From Octopus vulgaris (taxonomy: Eukaryota), in the NCBI GenBank assembly GCA_951406725.2, contig OX597827.1:34472001-34536000 (forward strand): a stretch of DNA of 64,000 bases, given 5' to 3'. Below are positions 1-11,629 of the stretch, one piece after another. The notes under the pieces are model-generated. The model was not told where the DNA came from. It was given only the letters and a program-made list of their open reading frames with translations, and ran no database searches. Position numbers and translations under genes: made by a program. Numbering within the stretch: position 1 is the first letter of the stretch; each line of letters begins with the position of its first letter.

Positions 1-349
1 AGAAGTGAACTCAGAAAAAGGTTATTGGAAAGCAAGCTTCTTATCACACAGCCATGCCTGCGCCTATTGGCGCACCTACACCTGTAGGCACACCTGCACC
101 TATTGATTACTATTCCTTATAACCATAGATGAGAAATTTAATTTAAATTCATAAACCAGGTAGATATGATGAAATCCAATTCAAACTTTTTTTATGAAGT
201 TTTCAGTTAGAATGGAATTCAAAATTTCAATTTCAATTTCAATTCTTTCACTTCTACAGTCTACTTTTCCCCAGTTTTGAACTTTAAGTGCTTCTGCTGG
301 AGGAACTGCATAGTGCTAGCAATACAACTTGAACCATCTGCTAGTATTT

Positions 350-560
350 CGTCATCATCATTTAACATTGATGTTCCATGCTGTTGTGGGTTGAATGGTT
401 TGACAAGTTTGATGGGTCCAAAGACAGCATGGTACCTCAGTGTCTGCTATGACATGGTTCTTATGGCTGGATACCCTTCCTAATGACAGTAACTTTATAA
501 CATGTACTAGGTGCTTTATTTGTGTGTATCACTAGCACTAATGAGTTCATCATACTGCTC
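350..560 (-). repeat. degraded RTE 3'-tail-derived repeat (similar copies at about 1590-1690 and 1850-1970)
   Basis: catcatcatttaac...ggctggatacccttcctaatg matches the reverse complement of the RTE 3' UTR at 5640-5810. Confidence 0.5.
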
Positions 561-779
561 ACAAAACTACAAAACCTAGAGTGGAATCTTTATGTGAAAA
601 GATGAAGGGGTTACAGTATGAAAGAAGGAAAGGAGGGAAGGGCAGGCAGAAAAAATAAACAACTTTTGCTTCTACAACACAAAAATAACAGCCAAAGAAA
701 CATTAAAAAAGATTTAATAACTGTGACAGAAAAACACATTTTATCACAATTTTTTCCATACTTCTGTTTTTCGTTTATA

Positions 780-1346
780 TCATTTGGTAATCCTATCATA
801 AAATATCGACTCTGTCGCTTTCAAAAAGAAAAGCTCTGCCTTGATTTTGTCAATTTGCTCTTTGTCAGAATTATTTGGATGTGAAAACAGTTCCTTGGTC
901 CTGCGTGACTCAATTTTAGCAACAATGTTCTGTTTAGGGTCAAGACTCTTCATATTATTGTTGCATGTGCTCTCAGCAAATTCTAAATTGTTAGCTTCAG
1001 GTAGGTTAAAGTCATGCAAAGAACACACTATAATATCAAAAGTTGATTTAGCAGTCTTTTGGTCATTTAAGAGACACAATATTTTCCAAAAGAAACTGTC
1101 ATATTTTTGTTTTTTTTTTGTTTTTTCCACCCAGTCATGATCGTTAATTAAATCATCATTCTCTTCCAGCCAAAGAGCAAAAGGATTAATATAACTTTCT
1201 TGTGTTTTTTCCACCCAGTCATGATTATTAATTAAATTATTCTCTTTCAGCCTAAGAGCAATATGATTAATATGACTTTGTTTAAGTTCTCCTAAGTATG
1301 TGTTGCGAAATTTATTCAGATATTCGTTGTCTGAATTACTGGTCAT
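780..1346 (-). CDS. CARD/death-fold-like protein coding exon (exon starts at 1404 after a splice acceptor)
   Basis: Minus-strand acceptor ttttcttttatatttttcag|gcagc at 1405-1407. First ATG at 1346 (MTSNSDNEYLNKFRNTYLGEL...), 188-aa ORF to the stop at 780. Helical pattern L..FR..Y..EL....I...L....LI.....FW.IL.LL.....K.TFDIIV.SL...L resembles a CARD (by eye only). Confidence 0.55.
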   Translation of the reverse strand: MTSNSDNEYLNKFRNTYLGELKQSHINHIALRLKENNLINNHDWVEKTQESYINPFALWLEENDDLINDHDWVEKTKKKQKYDSFFWKILCLLNDQKTAKSTFDIIVCSLHDFNLPEANNLEFAESTCNNNMKSLDPKQNIVAKIESRRTKELFSHPNNSDKEQIDKIKAELFFLKATESIFYDRITK

Positions 1347-2373
1347 CTTAACTATAACGATGGGAGTCACGAGGAAACTTCTTGGTGACAGAACAAACCG
1401 CTGCCTGAAAAATATAAAAGAAAAGATACCATTAAATAAATGTGTTTGATGCTATTAGAAATGTTGTTCAACACCAGGTCAGAACTAATCATGAACACCA
1501 ATGATCAAAAGCATTCCATCCGTGACCATCCAAATATTTTTGTATATCCAGCACTACATTGTCTAGTTTCATGTGGCTGGTAGTGGTCATATGATCATTT
1601 AATGCCCATGTTCAATGTTCGCATGGGTTGGATGATTTGATAGGAGCTGTTGGATGATTTGATAGGCTCTGTTGTCTGTTTTGACACAGCTTCTACATAC
1701 ACACACAAATCTGTAAAAGTTATACCATAAAAACCTAGAAATAAACACTATAGTAGAAAATTAATAAAATTATTATACTAAATAATTACTTACATTATTT
1801 ACTAGACATTAAATCTACTAGGTCCAATGACTACACAATACCCCAGTGACTGCTTTGGCATGGTTTCTACAGCTGGATGCCCTTCCTAATGCCAATAAAT
1901 TTATAATGTGTACTAGGTACTTTATCTCAAGTTACTGGAAATAATGGGGTTATCAAGTAACTTGCAAAGCAAAATGACAGGTAAAAGAAAAGAACAGAAA
2001 AGAAAAAGCACCCCCTCAACAAAGTAGAGGAGGAGTATTTGAAGTGGATTGGTGGTTTTATACCAAGTGTTGAAAGGCTAAAGTATAAGACAAGGACAAG
2101 CGCAGGTGTCTTGTTAAAGAGATAAATGGCGATCCTGCATTGTTTAGGGGTGGGAATAGTTTGAAAGAAAGTAGAGATGGTAGTGATGAGATGTCAGAGC
2201 ATCTTAACATACAAGTAGTTATCACAATTTTTGAAATTTATTTTGTGATAAATTTCAAAAATTTATCGCAATGAATTTTTGAAAAAATTTTAATTCAACT
2301 TCTGCTGAACTTTTTCTTGAACGGCATCCAAAAAGAAACATTTTGATACCTCATTTGTGAAATTTGGATAAAA

Positions 2374-2823
2374 CATCATCATCATCATCGTTGAACATCC
2401 GTTCTCCATGGTTCGACCGGGGATCTGGGAAGCCAGAAGGCTGCACCAGGCTCCAGTCTGATCTGGCAGTGTTTCTACAGCTAGATGCCCTTCCTAACGC
2501 CAACCACTCCGTGAGTGTAGTGGGTCCTTTTTACGTGCCACCTGCACAGGTGCCAGGCGAGGCTGGCAATGGCCACGATCGGATTGGTGCATTTTACGTG
2601 CCACTGGCACGGAAGCCAGTCAAGGCGGCGCTGGCATCGGCCACGATTCGGATAGTGCTTTTTACGTGCCAGTGCCACCGGCACAGAAGCTAGTCTAGGT
2701 GGCGCTGGCATTAGCCACGTTCAGATGGTGCTTTTATGTGCCACCGTCTCAAGGATCACAACTGCAGTTTCCATTGATTTTGATGTTGGTGTACTTGACT
2801 CAATGGATCTCCTCAAGCACAGG
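2374..2823 (-). mobile_element. RTE LINE 3' UTR copy with (GAT)n tail, inverted relative to the adjacent LINE
   Basis: Reverse-complement match to 5420-5810; begins with (CAT)n. Confidence 0.8.
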
Positions 2824-2997
2824 GTCAAAATGGTGTTTCTTCACTTGTCACCTGTACAAGTCAGTCCAGTGGTCCTGGCAACTGCCGGGTGCCAGTCATA
2901 GGATTGGTTCAATTTTGGTTCCGATTTTAGGGAATATGACAATCTGAATGATCAGTGAATTGGTTGAAATCTTACTTAATTGGCTTAAATGAATAAT

Positions 2998-5810
2998 TAG
3001 TCATACAAAGACCCTCCCGGGTGAAGAATGTACCCCCAGCATAGGCTAGTCATTAGTGACTTTAGGCTCGAGGCCAGAAGGATACCAAGTAGCAGACCAA
3101 TCCAAAAAAGAAGGATTTGGAAGCTAAAGAACCCTTCACATGGTCAGAGATTTAGGGACATCCTCATCAAGAAATTTGAGGGGAGGGAGGAAGAGCTACA
3201 GACATCGGATATAGAAGGTAGCTGGAAATTCCTACGGGACAGCACGCTGAGTGCCACAGCCCAAGTCTGTGGTTGGTGCAAAGTCCCTTCCAGACCTAGA
3301 GTTATGTGGTAGTGGAATAGTATGGTAGAATAGTGGAATATATTAGAGCAAAGAAACAGACCTGGAAAGCCTGGAAGGGTGTGGGTAGCAGGAAACTGTA
3401 CCAGGTAGCCAAAAGGGAGGGTGGGCGGCAGGTATACATAGCCAAGAGCGAAACAGAAAAGAAGTTTGCCAATGAGGACCAAAGAACTGAGGTATTTCGG
3501 ATTGCAAGACAGTGTGTGAAAGGAAATTGTCATGTCACAGGAGAGAAATGTGTCTGAATGGATGATGGTGCATTTGCTTTTAATGATTCTGAAAAAAAAG
3601 AGGCTTGGAGAAGCCGTTATGAAAGACTACCGAATGTGGAGAATGAATGGGAGGTGGAGAGCCTGCCAAATGTTGACCCAGTAGAGGGACCAGCTATCCA
3701 AATAGACAGCTCCCTTGTAGATAAAGCAATTAAGGGTATGAAGCCAGGAAAAGTCCCTAGCCCATCAGGAATCACTGCTGAGATGCTTAAAACATCTGGT
3801 GGTGTGGGCTATGGCCTAGTCACCTGCGTTGTAAACCAGGTAGTTCATGATGGAGTCATACCCAACGACTGACGTAGCAGCACCATACACAACTGCTACA
3901 AGTGTAAAGGTGATGCTCTAGATAGAAATAACTACAGGGGTATCAAACTGCTGGATCAGGTGATGAAGGTCACAGAGAGGGTCATAGTCCATCTCATTAG
4001 GAAGAGAGTCTGCTTAGATGAGATGCAGTTCAGTTTTGTGCCGGGTAGAAGCACCACTGATGCCATATTCCTGGTTCGACAACTGCAGGAAAAATACCTA
4101 GCTAAAGATAAACCCCTATACATAGCTTTTGTGGACTTGGAGAAACCCTTTGACAGGGCCCCCCGATCCCTTATCTGGTGAGCAATGCAGAAACTGGTGA
4201 TTGATGAATGGTTGATAAGGGTTGTACAGGCACTATACAGAGAGGCCATTAGTAAGGTTAGGATTGGCAATGAGTATAGTGAAGAATTCCGGATAGAAGA
4301 AGGGGTCCACCAAGGTGCAGCCCTCAGCCCCTTTTATTCATCATAGTCCTCCAGGCAATAACAGAGTAATTCAAGACAGGTTGCCCATGGGAGCTCCTCT
4401 GTGCTGATGAACTGGCCCTCATAGCAGAATCACTACCAGAACTAGAAAGAAATTTCAGGTGTGGAAGCAAGGTTTAGAATCAAAAGGCCTTACAGTCAAT
4501 GTAGCAAAGACCAAAGTTCTAGTAAGTAGGAAGGTGAACACATCACACACACCCTCAGGTAGGTGGCCCTGCTAGATCTGTAGAAAAAGTGTAGGTAGGA
4601 ACTCCATAAGATGTACCCAGTGTAAGCTATGGACACATAAGAGGTGCAGCAACATCAAAAGAAGATTAACCGAGAAGATAGCTTTCGTGTGCAGCAGATG
4701 CACAGGGGTGATAAACACTACAGATGCTCAGAAAACAGATTCCATCACACTCCATGGGAAGAAATTAGAAGTAATTGATAGTTTCTGCTACCTAGGTGAC
4801 CAAGTTAGTAGTGAGTTAGTAGTGGGGTTGGATGCTCAGAGAGTGTTACCACTAGAATAAGAATGGGCAAAGTTTAGAAAGCTTCTACCCCTACTGGTGA
4901 CAAAGGGCCTCTCGGTCAGAGCGAAAGGTAGATTATACGATGCATGTGTGCAAACTGCAGTGAAACATGGGCCATGACTGCAGAGGACATGCATAGGCAC
5001 GAAAGAAATGAAGCTAGCATGATCTGCTGGATGTGTAATGTCAGTGTGTACACACGACATAGTGTAAGCGACCTGAGAGAAATGTTGGATATAAGAAGCA
5101 TAGGATGTGACATGCAAGAGAGACATTTGCGCTGGTATGGTCATGTACTATGGATGGATGAGTAGAGATGTGTGAAGAAGTGCCATTCCCAAGCAGTTGA
5201 AGGAATCCGGAGTAGAGGTAGACCCAGGAAGACATGGGATGATGTGGTCAAGCATGTCCTTTGAACGTTGGGCCTCACAGAGGCAATGACAAAAGACCGA
5301 GACCTCTGGAGATATGCTGTGACTGTGAAGACCCGGCAAATAAAGTGAGTTGAAGCTGTATCCTACACCAGTTTCGAATAAACAGTCCCGGCCCATTCAA
5401 AAGTACCTTGTATCATAGGGCAACCTGCTGTGCTTGAAGAGACCTATTGAGTCAAGTACATCAACATCAAAATGAAAATCAAATGGAAATTGTTGTTGTG
5501 ATATCTGTGCCAGTGGCATGTAAAAAGCACCATCGGAACGTGGCCAATGCCAGCGCTACCTTGACTGGCTTCTGCACTAACCAATCATGGCCATTACCAG
5601 CCTCCTCTGGCCCGTGCCAGTGGCACGTAAAAAGCACCCACTACACTCACGGAGTGGTTGGTGTTGGGAAGGGCATCCAGCTGTAGAAACACTGCCAGAT
5701 CAGACTGGAGCCTGGTGCAGCCGCCTGGCTTCCCAGACCCTGGTCAAACCGTCCAACCCATGTTAGCATGGAAAACGGACATTAAACGATGATGATGATG
5801 AGGATGACGA
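2998..5810 (+). mobile_element. 5'-truncated, degenerate RTE-clade LINE (end of APE endonuclease, RT, PHD finger, 3' UTR, (GAT)n tail)
   Basis: Fragments PGEECTPQHRLVISDF, KVPSPSGITAEML, QFSFVPGRSTTDAIFLVRQLQEKY, AFVDLEKPFDR, CADE in place of YADD, LRWYGHV; many stops and frameshifts. Confidence 0.92.
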
Positions 5811-6125
5811 TTTTCTTACCATGTAAGCATAGTTTAAACATAGTTTTGTCTTCCTCGCTGTTGTTTTAAAAGAAACTTAAGTTCCTTTCACACACATTAC
5901 AATCGTTACCTATTCAATTATTCAATTTTGTCACATCGTCACTTATTTCTCATATTCTGCTACTTCGTTTTGATAACTCCGCCAAAAGAAAACAAATCCA
6001 GAATATAGATGGAAAAATGTTTATTTCTTCATTTTGTTCCTGTCGAATTTTATCCCTAATTTTGTGGTTACAGAACCTAACTGTTCTTTCTAGCATGTTG
6101 AATCCCACAAGTGGATTCTTTGTGT

Positions 6126-6217
6126 GTAATACATAGTCTTTGGACTAAATTTTATGAGTAATACATAGTCTTTGGACTAAATTTTATGAGTAATACATAG
6201 TCTTTGGACTAAATTTT
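6126..6217. repeat. 32-bp tandem repeat, about 2.9 copies
   Basis: gtaatacatagtctttggactaaattttatga starts at 6126, 6158 and 6190. Confidence 0.9.
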
Positions 6218-6254
6218 TACATGCTAGTCCGCTGGAAGTGAAAATTTGATGTGT

Positions 6255-6530
6255 TAGGTGTGTGTGCATTCCTGTATGTGTATGTGTTTGTGTGTTTGTG
6301 TACATGTGTATGTGTGTATGCATGCATGTATGTGCGTGTTGTGTGTGTGGTGTGTGCGAGAGGTACATGTGAGGTATATGTGCGCTGATGTGTGTGTGCG
6401 TGTGTGTGAGGATTTGTGTGTGTGTGAGAAGGTGTATTTTATGAGCATGTATGTGTGTGGTGTGCGTTCATGTGTGTGTGCGGGTGCATGTATTTTTTCG
6501 TATATGTGCATATGTATGTGTGTGTGTATA
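6255..6530. repeat. degenerate (TG)n/(TGTA)n microsatellite
   Basis: Directly visible. Confidence 0.9.
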
Positions 6531-6841
6531 TAGAAATAAAATATAATATAATAAAATAAGTTTGATAAATAAAGGGAAAAGGGGGGGGAAGAGTACAAGA
6601 TGTAAAAAAAAATTTAAGAAAATTAGCAGATGCAAGATAAGAAATAAAATAAAATCTAAAGGGATAAAATAGAAATTAATACAATTATGAAAAATAACGT
6701 AATTAAAAAGTTAAACAATACGACAGAAAGAGAATGATAAAAAAATGATTAAAAAATCAAGAAGGGGTAACAGTATAAAAAGTAAGTGGGTATGAGGGAG
6801 GATAAAATAAGATGAACTAAAATAAAATAAATTAAATTAAA

Positions 6842-7836
6842 TTAAATTAAAATTTGCTTTAAGGAGTTTGTAGAGACAGTCAGTAAGAGGAGATGGGTTG
6901 TGTTGAGTCCGAAAGGGATTTGTGTTTGTAGACTGAAAAAGAAATGCTGTTCCAGGCGAAGTGGCGAGTGTGTGGATCCGTGGTGCATGGCGAAGCCAAA
7001 GACAGAGATATTAGAGGGGGAGTGGTTGGCCAAGCTGAAATGACAGGCAACGGAGGTATTCATGCATAGCTGAATATCTCTTAGATGTTCAGTGAACCGG
7101 TCGGCCAGCCTGCGGCCCATCTGACCTACGTAGAGTTTATTACAGAGATTACATTTAATGCAATAGATAAGGCTTGAAGAGATGCAGGCGAAGGAATTTC
7201 TAATGTGGAGAGTGTGCTGGTTGGTGATGAAAGGACAGGTGTAGCAGCGGGATCTAGAGCAAGGGAAGGATCCGGATGGGGCTGGGGGAAAAGAAGAGAA
7301 GGTGCTACGGACCAGTAGATCGCGTAGGTTTCGGGTGCGTTTAAAGGACAAGGGTGGGTTGAAGAAAATAGAGTGGGTGGTGAGATCTAGCTGGAGACGA
7401 CAGAAGGCCCGTAGGGTCCTCTGACGAAGGGTAGGGTAGAGGGGTGGAAAAGGATGGGAAAGGGGTGCAGTTAGGGGGGTTGGTGTGGGGAAGGAGAGAG
7501 GGCAGTGGTACGATCGATTCAACAAGCTCTGACAAGAGCGGTTTGAACACAGATTGAGGAGTATCCTCGATGCATGAATAGGCGGGCAAGGTACTGGGAC
7601 TGGGTCACGAAATCCTGGTTCCGGCTGCACAAGCGTCGGCGGCAGAGGAACTGGGAGTAGGGGATGGCTTGTTTGGTGTGGGAGGGATGGGAGGAGGAGA
7701 AATTGAGATAGAGGTGGGAATCTGTGGGTTTTAAGAAGGCGGGGTGGTGAGAGAGTGGGAGGGGAGGTCAATGGTAAGAGAGATATCTAGGAAGTTAACT
7801 GAGGTGTTAGAGATGATAGAAGTTATGAAGTCGGTG
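6842..7836 (-). mobile_element. Penelope-like retroelement 3' fragment (RT C-terminus plus GIY-YIG endonuclease), frameshifted
   Basis: VNFLDISL, KPTDSHLYLNFSSSHP..KQAIPYSQF in alternate frames; CSRSRCYTC linker; LIYCIKCNLCNKLYVGQ.GRRLADRFTEH...VACHF...E...PFGLN. Confidence 0.9.
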
Positions 7837-7995
7837 GGGTATTAAACTGTAGTTATGCTTTTTTTCAATAAAAAGTTAACGTTAATGGATCAACGTTAAC
7901 GTCCGTTACATTTTCAAAGAATTAACGATTAACAAAGTTAACTTTTTGATTAAACGATTAACGAAGTTGAATTTTCGATTAACGGTGCCCTCCTC
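7836..7995 (-). mobile_element. terminus of a non-autonomous DNA transposon with subterminal GTTAAC/TTAACG repeats
   Basis: Reverse-complement match to 20923-21045. Confidence 0.6.
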
Positions 7996-8975
7996 TATAT
8001 ATAGCATTAGTTCGCTTAATGTTACTAATACTACTAAATCAGTCGCTGACCAGAATTAAGGAAACAAAATCATGATATCCACATACATAAACTACCGGCA
8101 AGACTATTTAAAACTTTCAAAACAGCTCTTTCTAGATCATTTTTTTTTTATATATATAAATGATTTTTTAAATTTTCTGTTCAATAATGAATTGATATTT
8201 ATTCAATCACTTACGAACATGAAGGCAATAAAGATTTGGCACGTCCGACCACACGGCTCCGGCTATTTTTCGTTTTTATTGATACGTAATGGCGGAGAAT
8301 GACAATGAACAAGTGAAATGCTTTGGAATGAAAATCATAATCGGCAATAAAATAAGTGAAAGGTACCAGATTTATTGCATGGAAGACATCGAAGTATAAC
8401 TCAATGGCTGCGTAATGATTCTAATCAGTATTTTACAACGGCCGTGCAGCCAAAAAGCACCGCCAGTCAAAATATTTTTTATTAGTTTCCTGTGAAAAAC
8501 TTCTTAGTTAAGAGTTGCTTCTCTTGTCAATATTTAGTATTAATGAGAAGATAACTCTTCTTAATACATGCACCCATCTATCAGGAAGAAGCCTCTACAA
8601 CCTGAATCTGGTGTGTTCGCACCTTTTTGTCTCCAACGAACATTTTTCTCTGAACTCATAACAAGTAACGTTTATCTAATCACAGCTTAACGCTTCTAAT
8701 CCGTATGACTACAACCGAGGGCCCAGGAACAAGGGGTACAAAATTCAATATTGCACCCCCTACTTACCTTGTCCAGGCTTTGAAAATAAGAACTAAAATA
8801 AATAGAAAGAAAAACCCCCACCAAAATCCCTAGAAAGATATATTACTGAACTAAAGCATCCTCAACATTAAGATTAAATATAACAAAATGACAATCATGG
8901 TCATTCCTCAATACTAGTACAATTGATGAAATATTTGTAGCATACACTTGAGTGAAATTCCGATCCTCTCTATTA

Positions 8976-9200
8976 TCTATTATATAAAATCCGTTCTGTC
9001 TGTGTGTGTGTGTGTCTTCTAGGATCTCGGGCATCCTCCACCCAATTGCGCTCAAATTTGATAAGTAGATACCGACGGTATCAGGGCGTGTATAAGTCTT
9101 GAAAAAATTACAAAAATCGATTCCAGGTGAGAATGCGATCAATAAAGCCGTGGGAACATGCATTTGTACACGCAAGTACATCAGCTGTTGCGATCGATAC
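8976..9200 (+). mobile_element. 5' part of a non-autonomous Helitron-like element
   Basis: A|TCTATTATATAAAA start, (TG) microsatellite, ccaattgcgctcaaatttg motif; same architecture as 53119-53513. 3' end not located. Confidence 0.5.
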
Positions 9201-9786
9201 TACGCATACGCGAGAAAAATGCACGGTGTCTCAAATTTAGGTTAAATCAGTGTTTCTCAAAGGGGAGGCCTATGGGACAGTCGGGCAAGTTGTTTTGAGA
9301 AAATCTGGTTTAAATATTTGACAACTCAACACTGTCCATTGGACCGGGGGCGTTTTGCTCGTATATACATACATACGAACGTAGTAGATAACAGCTAGCC
9401 TTTGGCCACATTTTGGACCCTGTTGTGTCCACTACTCTGATTGGTTGGTACTGGCGCAATTTGTCTCTTGCTCTATTGCTCGTCAATATGCAACCCAACC
9501 AATTGCGGCCTTCAAATAAGGTCACGTGTGACAGCCTGTTTTTCAACCTCAGCTGAGCCTGTAACTTCTTATAAGAAACCTAACTTTACCTCGTCTCAAT
9601 GGCATTCGGTTCGAGACCTTTTAAGGTCTGGCCACTGACCACACAAGACACTGCCAGTTCCAGCAACAACACAACAGCAGCCACGTGGAGACTCATCACC
9701 TTCGTCCCATTCTCATCACCTCACTTCGCATGGACGTCACAAATCGGTGACCTGTTCCAGCTCCTTGAAACTGCAAAACAATTATA

Positions 9787-10600
9787 ATGGGAGAAGGAGA
9801 TACTTCACAGGTATCTAAACCTTCAATTCCATTATATATTAAACTCCACAATCAAGAGCCCTTCACAGTTCAGCTATCCACTTCCTCATTTTCTCAAAAT
9901 ACCACAAGTAACCCATCATCATCATTGTCATCTACTGCCACTATCCTTACCACAACTAAACAATACCAACAACAGGATGAGCATCGGAAGTCACTCTTCA
10001 GTACTAGAACAATTGATGACCTATTAAACAACACAGTCTCTAGCTCTTCTCCAGTCAAACCACTCAAGTTATTCTCAGAATAACACAAGTGATCCATCAA
10101 CACCACTGTCATCCTATTCTACTGCTACTATCATTACCACCACTACTACTCCAATTAGTGAAGAATCACTCCTTTCTCCACCCCATCCCCACTGTCCACC
10201 TCAATCTGAATGTATACATCTGACAACTCCATATATCTCTCGACTGTGAATAACAAAATTATGAACACATGAAGCCCCAAAATATGCTGCTATTCACAAC
10301 GCAAGAGACTCTGCATACACAGTGACTGTAGCTTCACTCATTTACCTGGGACAAAATACACAATTTGTACAAATAATATCAGCCAAAGCCAAACCACACA
10401 TCTTACAACGCCACCACCACTACTAAATGCTAAATCACACTTGATAACTTCTACACACGTAACCCCAAATCCTAAAGTTTGCTGCTATTCCCAACTCGAA
10501 AGATTATGTCTGGGGCGTGATTGTCCCTTCATTCATCTTCCAGGGACTGAATGCATCATTAAAAGCATGACTCTAAACCACCACCAAATCTACAATAGAA
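9787..10600 (+). pseudogene. decayed ORF with two CCCH zinc-finger repeats, probably a non-LTR retrotransposon ORF1
   Basis: Frame-1 peptides PKICCYSQRKRLCIHSDCSFTHLPGT (from 10276) and PKVCCYSQLERLCLGRDCPFIHLPGT; S/T-rich linker; in-frame stops upstream. Confidence 0.5.
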
Positions 10601-11600
10601 ACCTCCCTTACAGTAGCAGTATTAATCCAAGCCAGGGCCTGCTTAATTATTAGGTTTAGCTTGGTGTGACAAACAAAACAACCAGTATTTAGGTGGCAAG
10701 GCAGACCATGAAGACCTGTGATATCAACGGGCCCAGCACAGCGACATCTCAGTCCCCTACAGACATCAGCTCCCTGAGTGTAATGGAGATGCAGAACTCA
10801 TCTAGACTGAGTAGACCTTTAATGTTGGCCACAGGTAGGGCATCAATCCAGTTCCCCAAGAATTTTGCACTAGTGGTGAGTAGACGACACCTTGGAAATT
10901 GATCAGATTGATTGAGGAGATAGCTGAAAGTGGCACCTGGAGCTTATTATCTCATACTCTCTGTTTTTGTCTATTCTCAACTCTGTAACAGAGCTTCAAC
11001 CATCCCCTTGTTGGAACTAATCTATGTTGGAGAGGAGAGGATGTTGTCTACTAAAGTGGAGCAAATGTGGATGGGGGAAAGAAAACAGAAAAGAGATAGA
11101 GACAAGCACTTGCACAAACCTAGACCCCCAAACTATTTAGGCAAAGCAGCCTAGTTCTGAGACTCTGGAGAGAGTTTGACATTGACCAAGCATTCAAGTT
11201 TCCTGAAGATTAGGTCATCAAAACATTGGAGAGACAATGAGAATCTATAAATACAATAGCTTAGGAATTGACAAGTAATTCCTAAGTATAAAAAACATTG
11301 GTGGGGCTCAATTACCTCAAGTTTTTATAACAATTGTTCATGGTTAGCCATTTTGGATTGAAAGATGGACTTAAAAGCTAGGCCAGTAATCGGGGCTTCA
11401 AAGGCTGATGAAGAAGGAACTGTGATAGAGGGGAAGAAGTCTGTAAATAGTTTGATAATTGGCTCATGCAAAGCTAGATGGTTGAGGAGTCAGAGCTCGC
11501 ATTTTGAGTTGTTAACACTAAAGCCCCTTATGACCAATTCCCTCAATCCTCATCCTCGCAATTTGCAACAGCCACGTACAAAAAGACAGAGATTATGAAC
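10600..11600 (-). mobile_element. CRE-clade (RLE-type) non-LTR retrotransposon fragment, degenerate
   Basis: Minus-strand pieces GFSVNNSKCEL, LRNYLSIPKLLYL, AALP..FGGLG, WIDALPVAN...DEFCISITL..CRC.GPVD.TGLHGLPC...H.KLN.IIKQAL (RT thumb plus CCHC knuckle upstream of the RLE). Confidence 0.7.
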
Positions 11601-11629
11601 CTAAGAATTTTTTTTTTTTAATTTTAATT

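Noticed and set aside
611-799. Hydrophobic ORF downstream of the CARD-like ORF, possibly a frameshifted transmembrane tail
   Set aside because: Pyrimidine-rich low complexity explains the hydrophobicity; no evidence of a frameshift or splice.
6126-6217. 32-bp direct repeats resembling a CRISPR array (also the 39-bp repeats at 32024-32141)
   Set aside because: Head-to-tail with no spacers, eukaryotic context, no cas genes.
6177-6598. His/Thr- and Cys/Val-rich ORFs (also at about 16.1, 24.2, 47.5, 48.6 and 57.6 kb)
   Set aside because: Translations of (CA)n/(TG)n/(TA)n microsatellites.
8289-8400. ATGGCG start and possible donor (MAENDNEQVKCFGMK...)
   Set aside because: Only 36 codons, weak donor, no recognisable homology.
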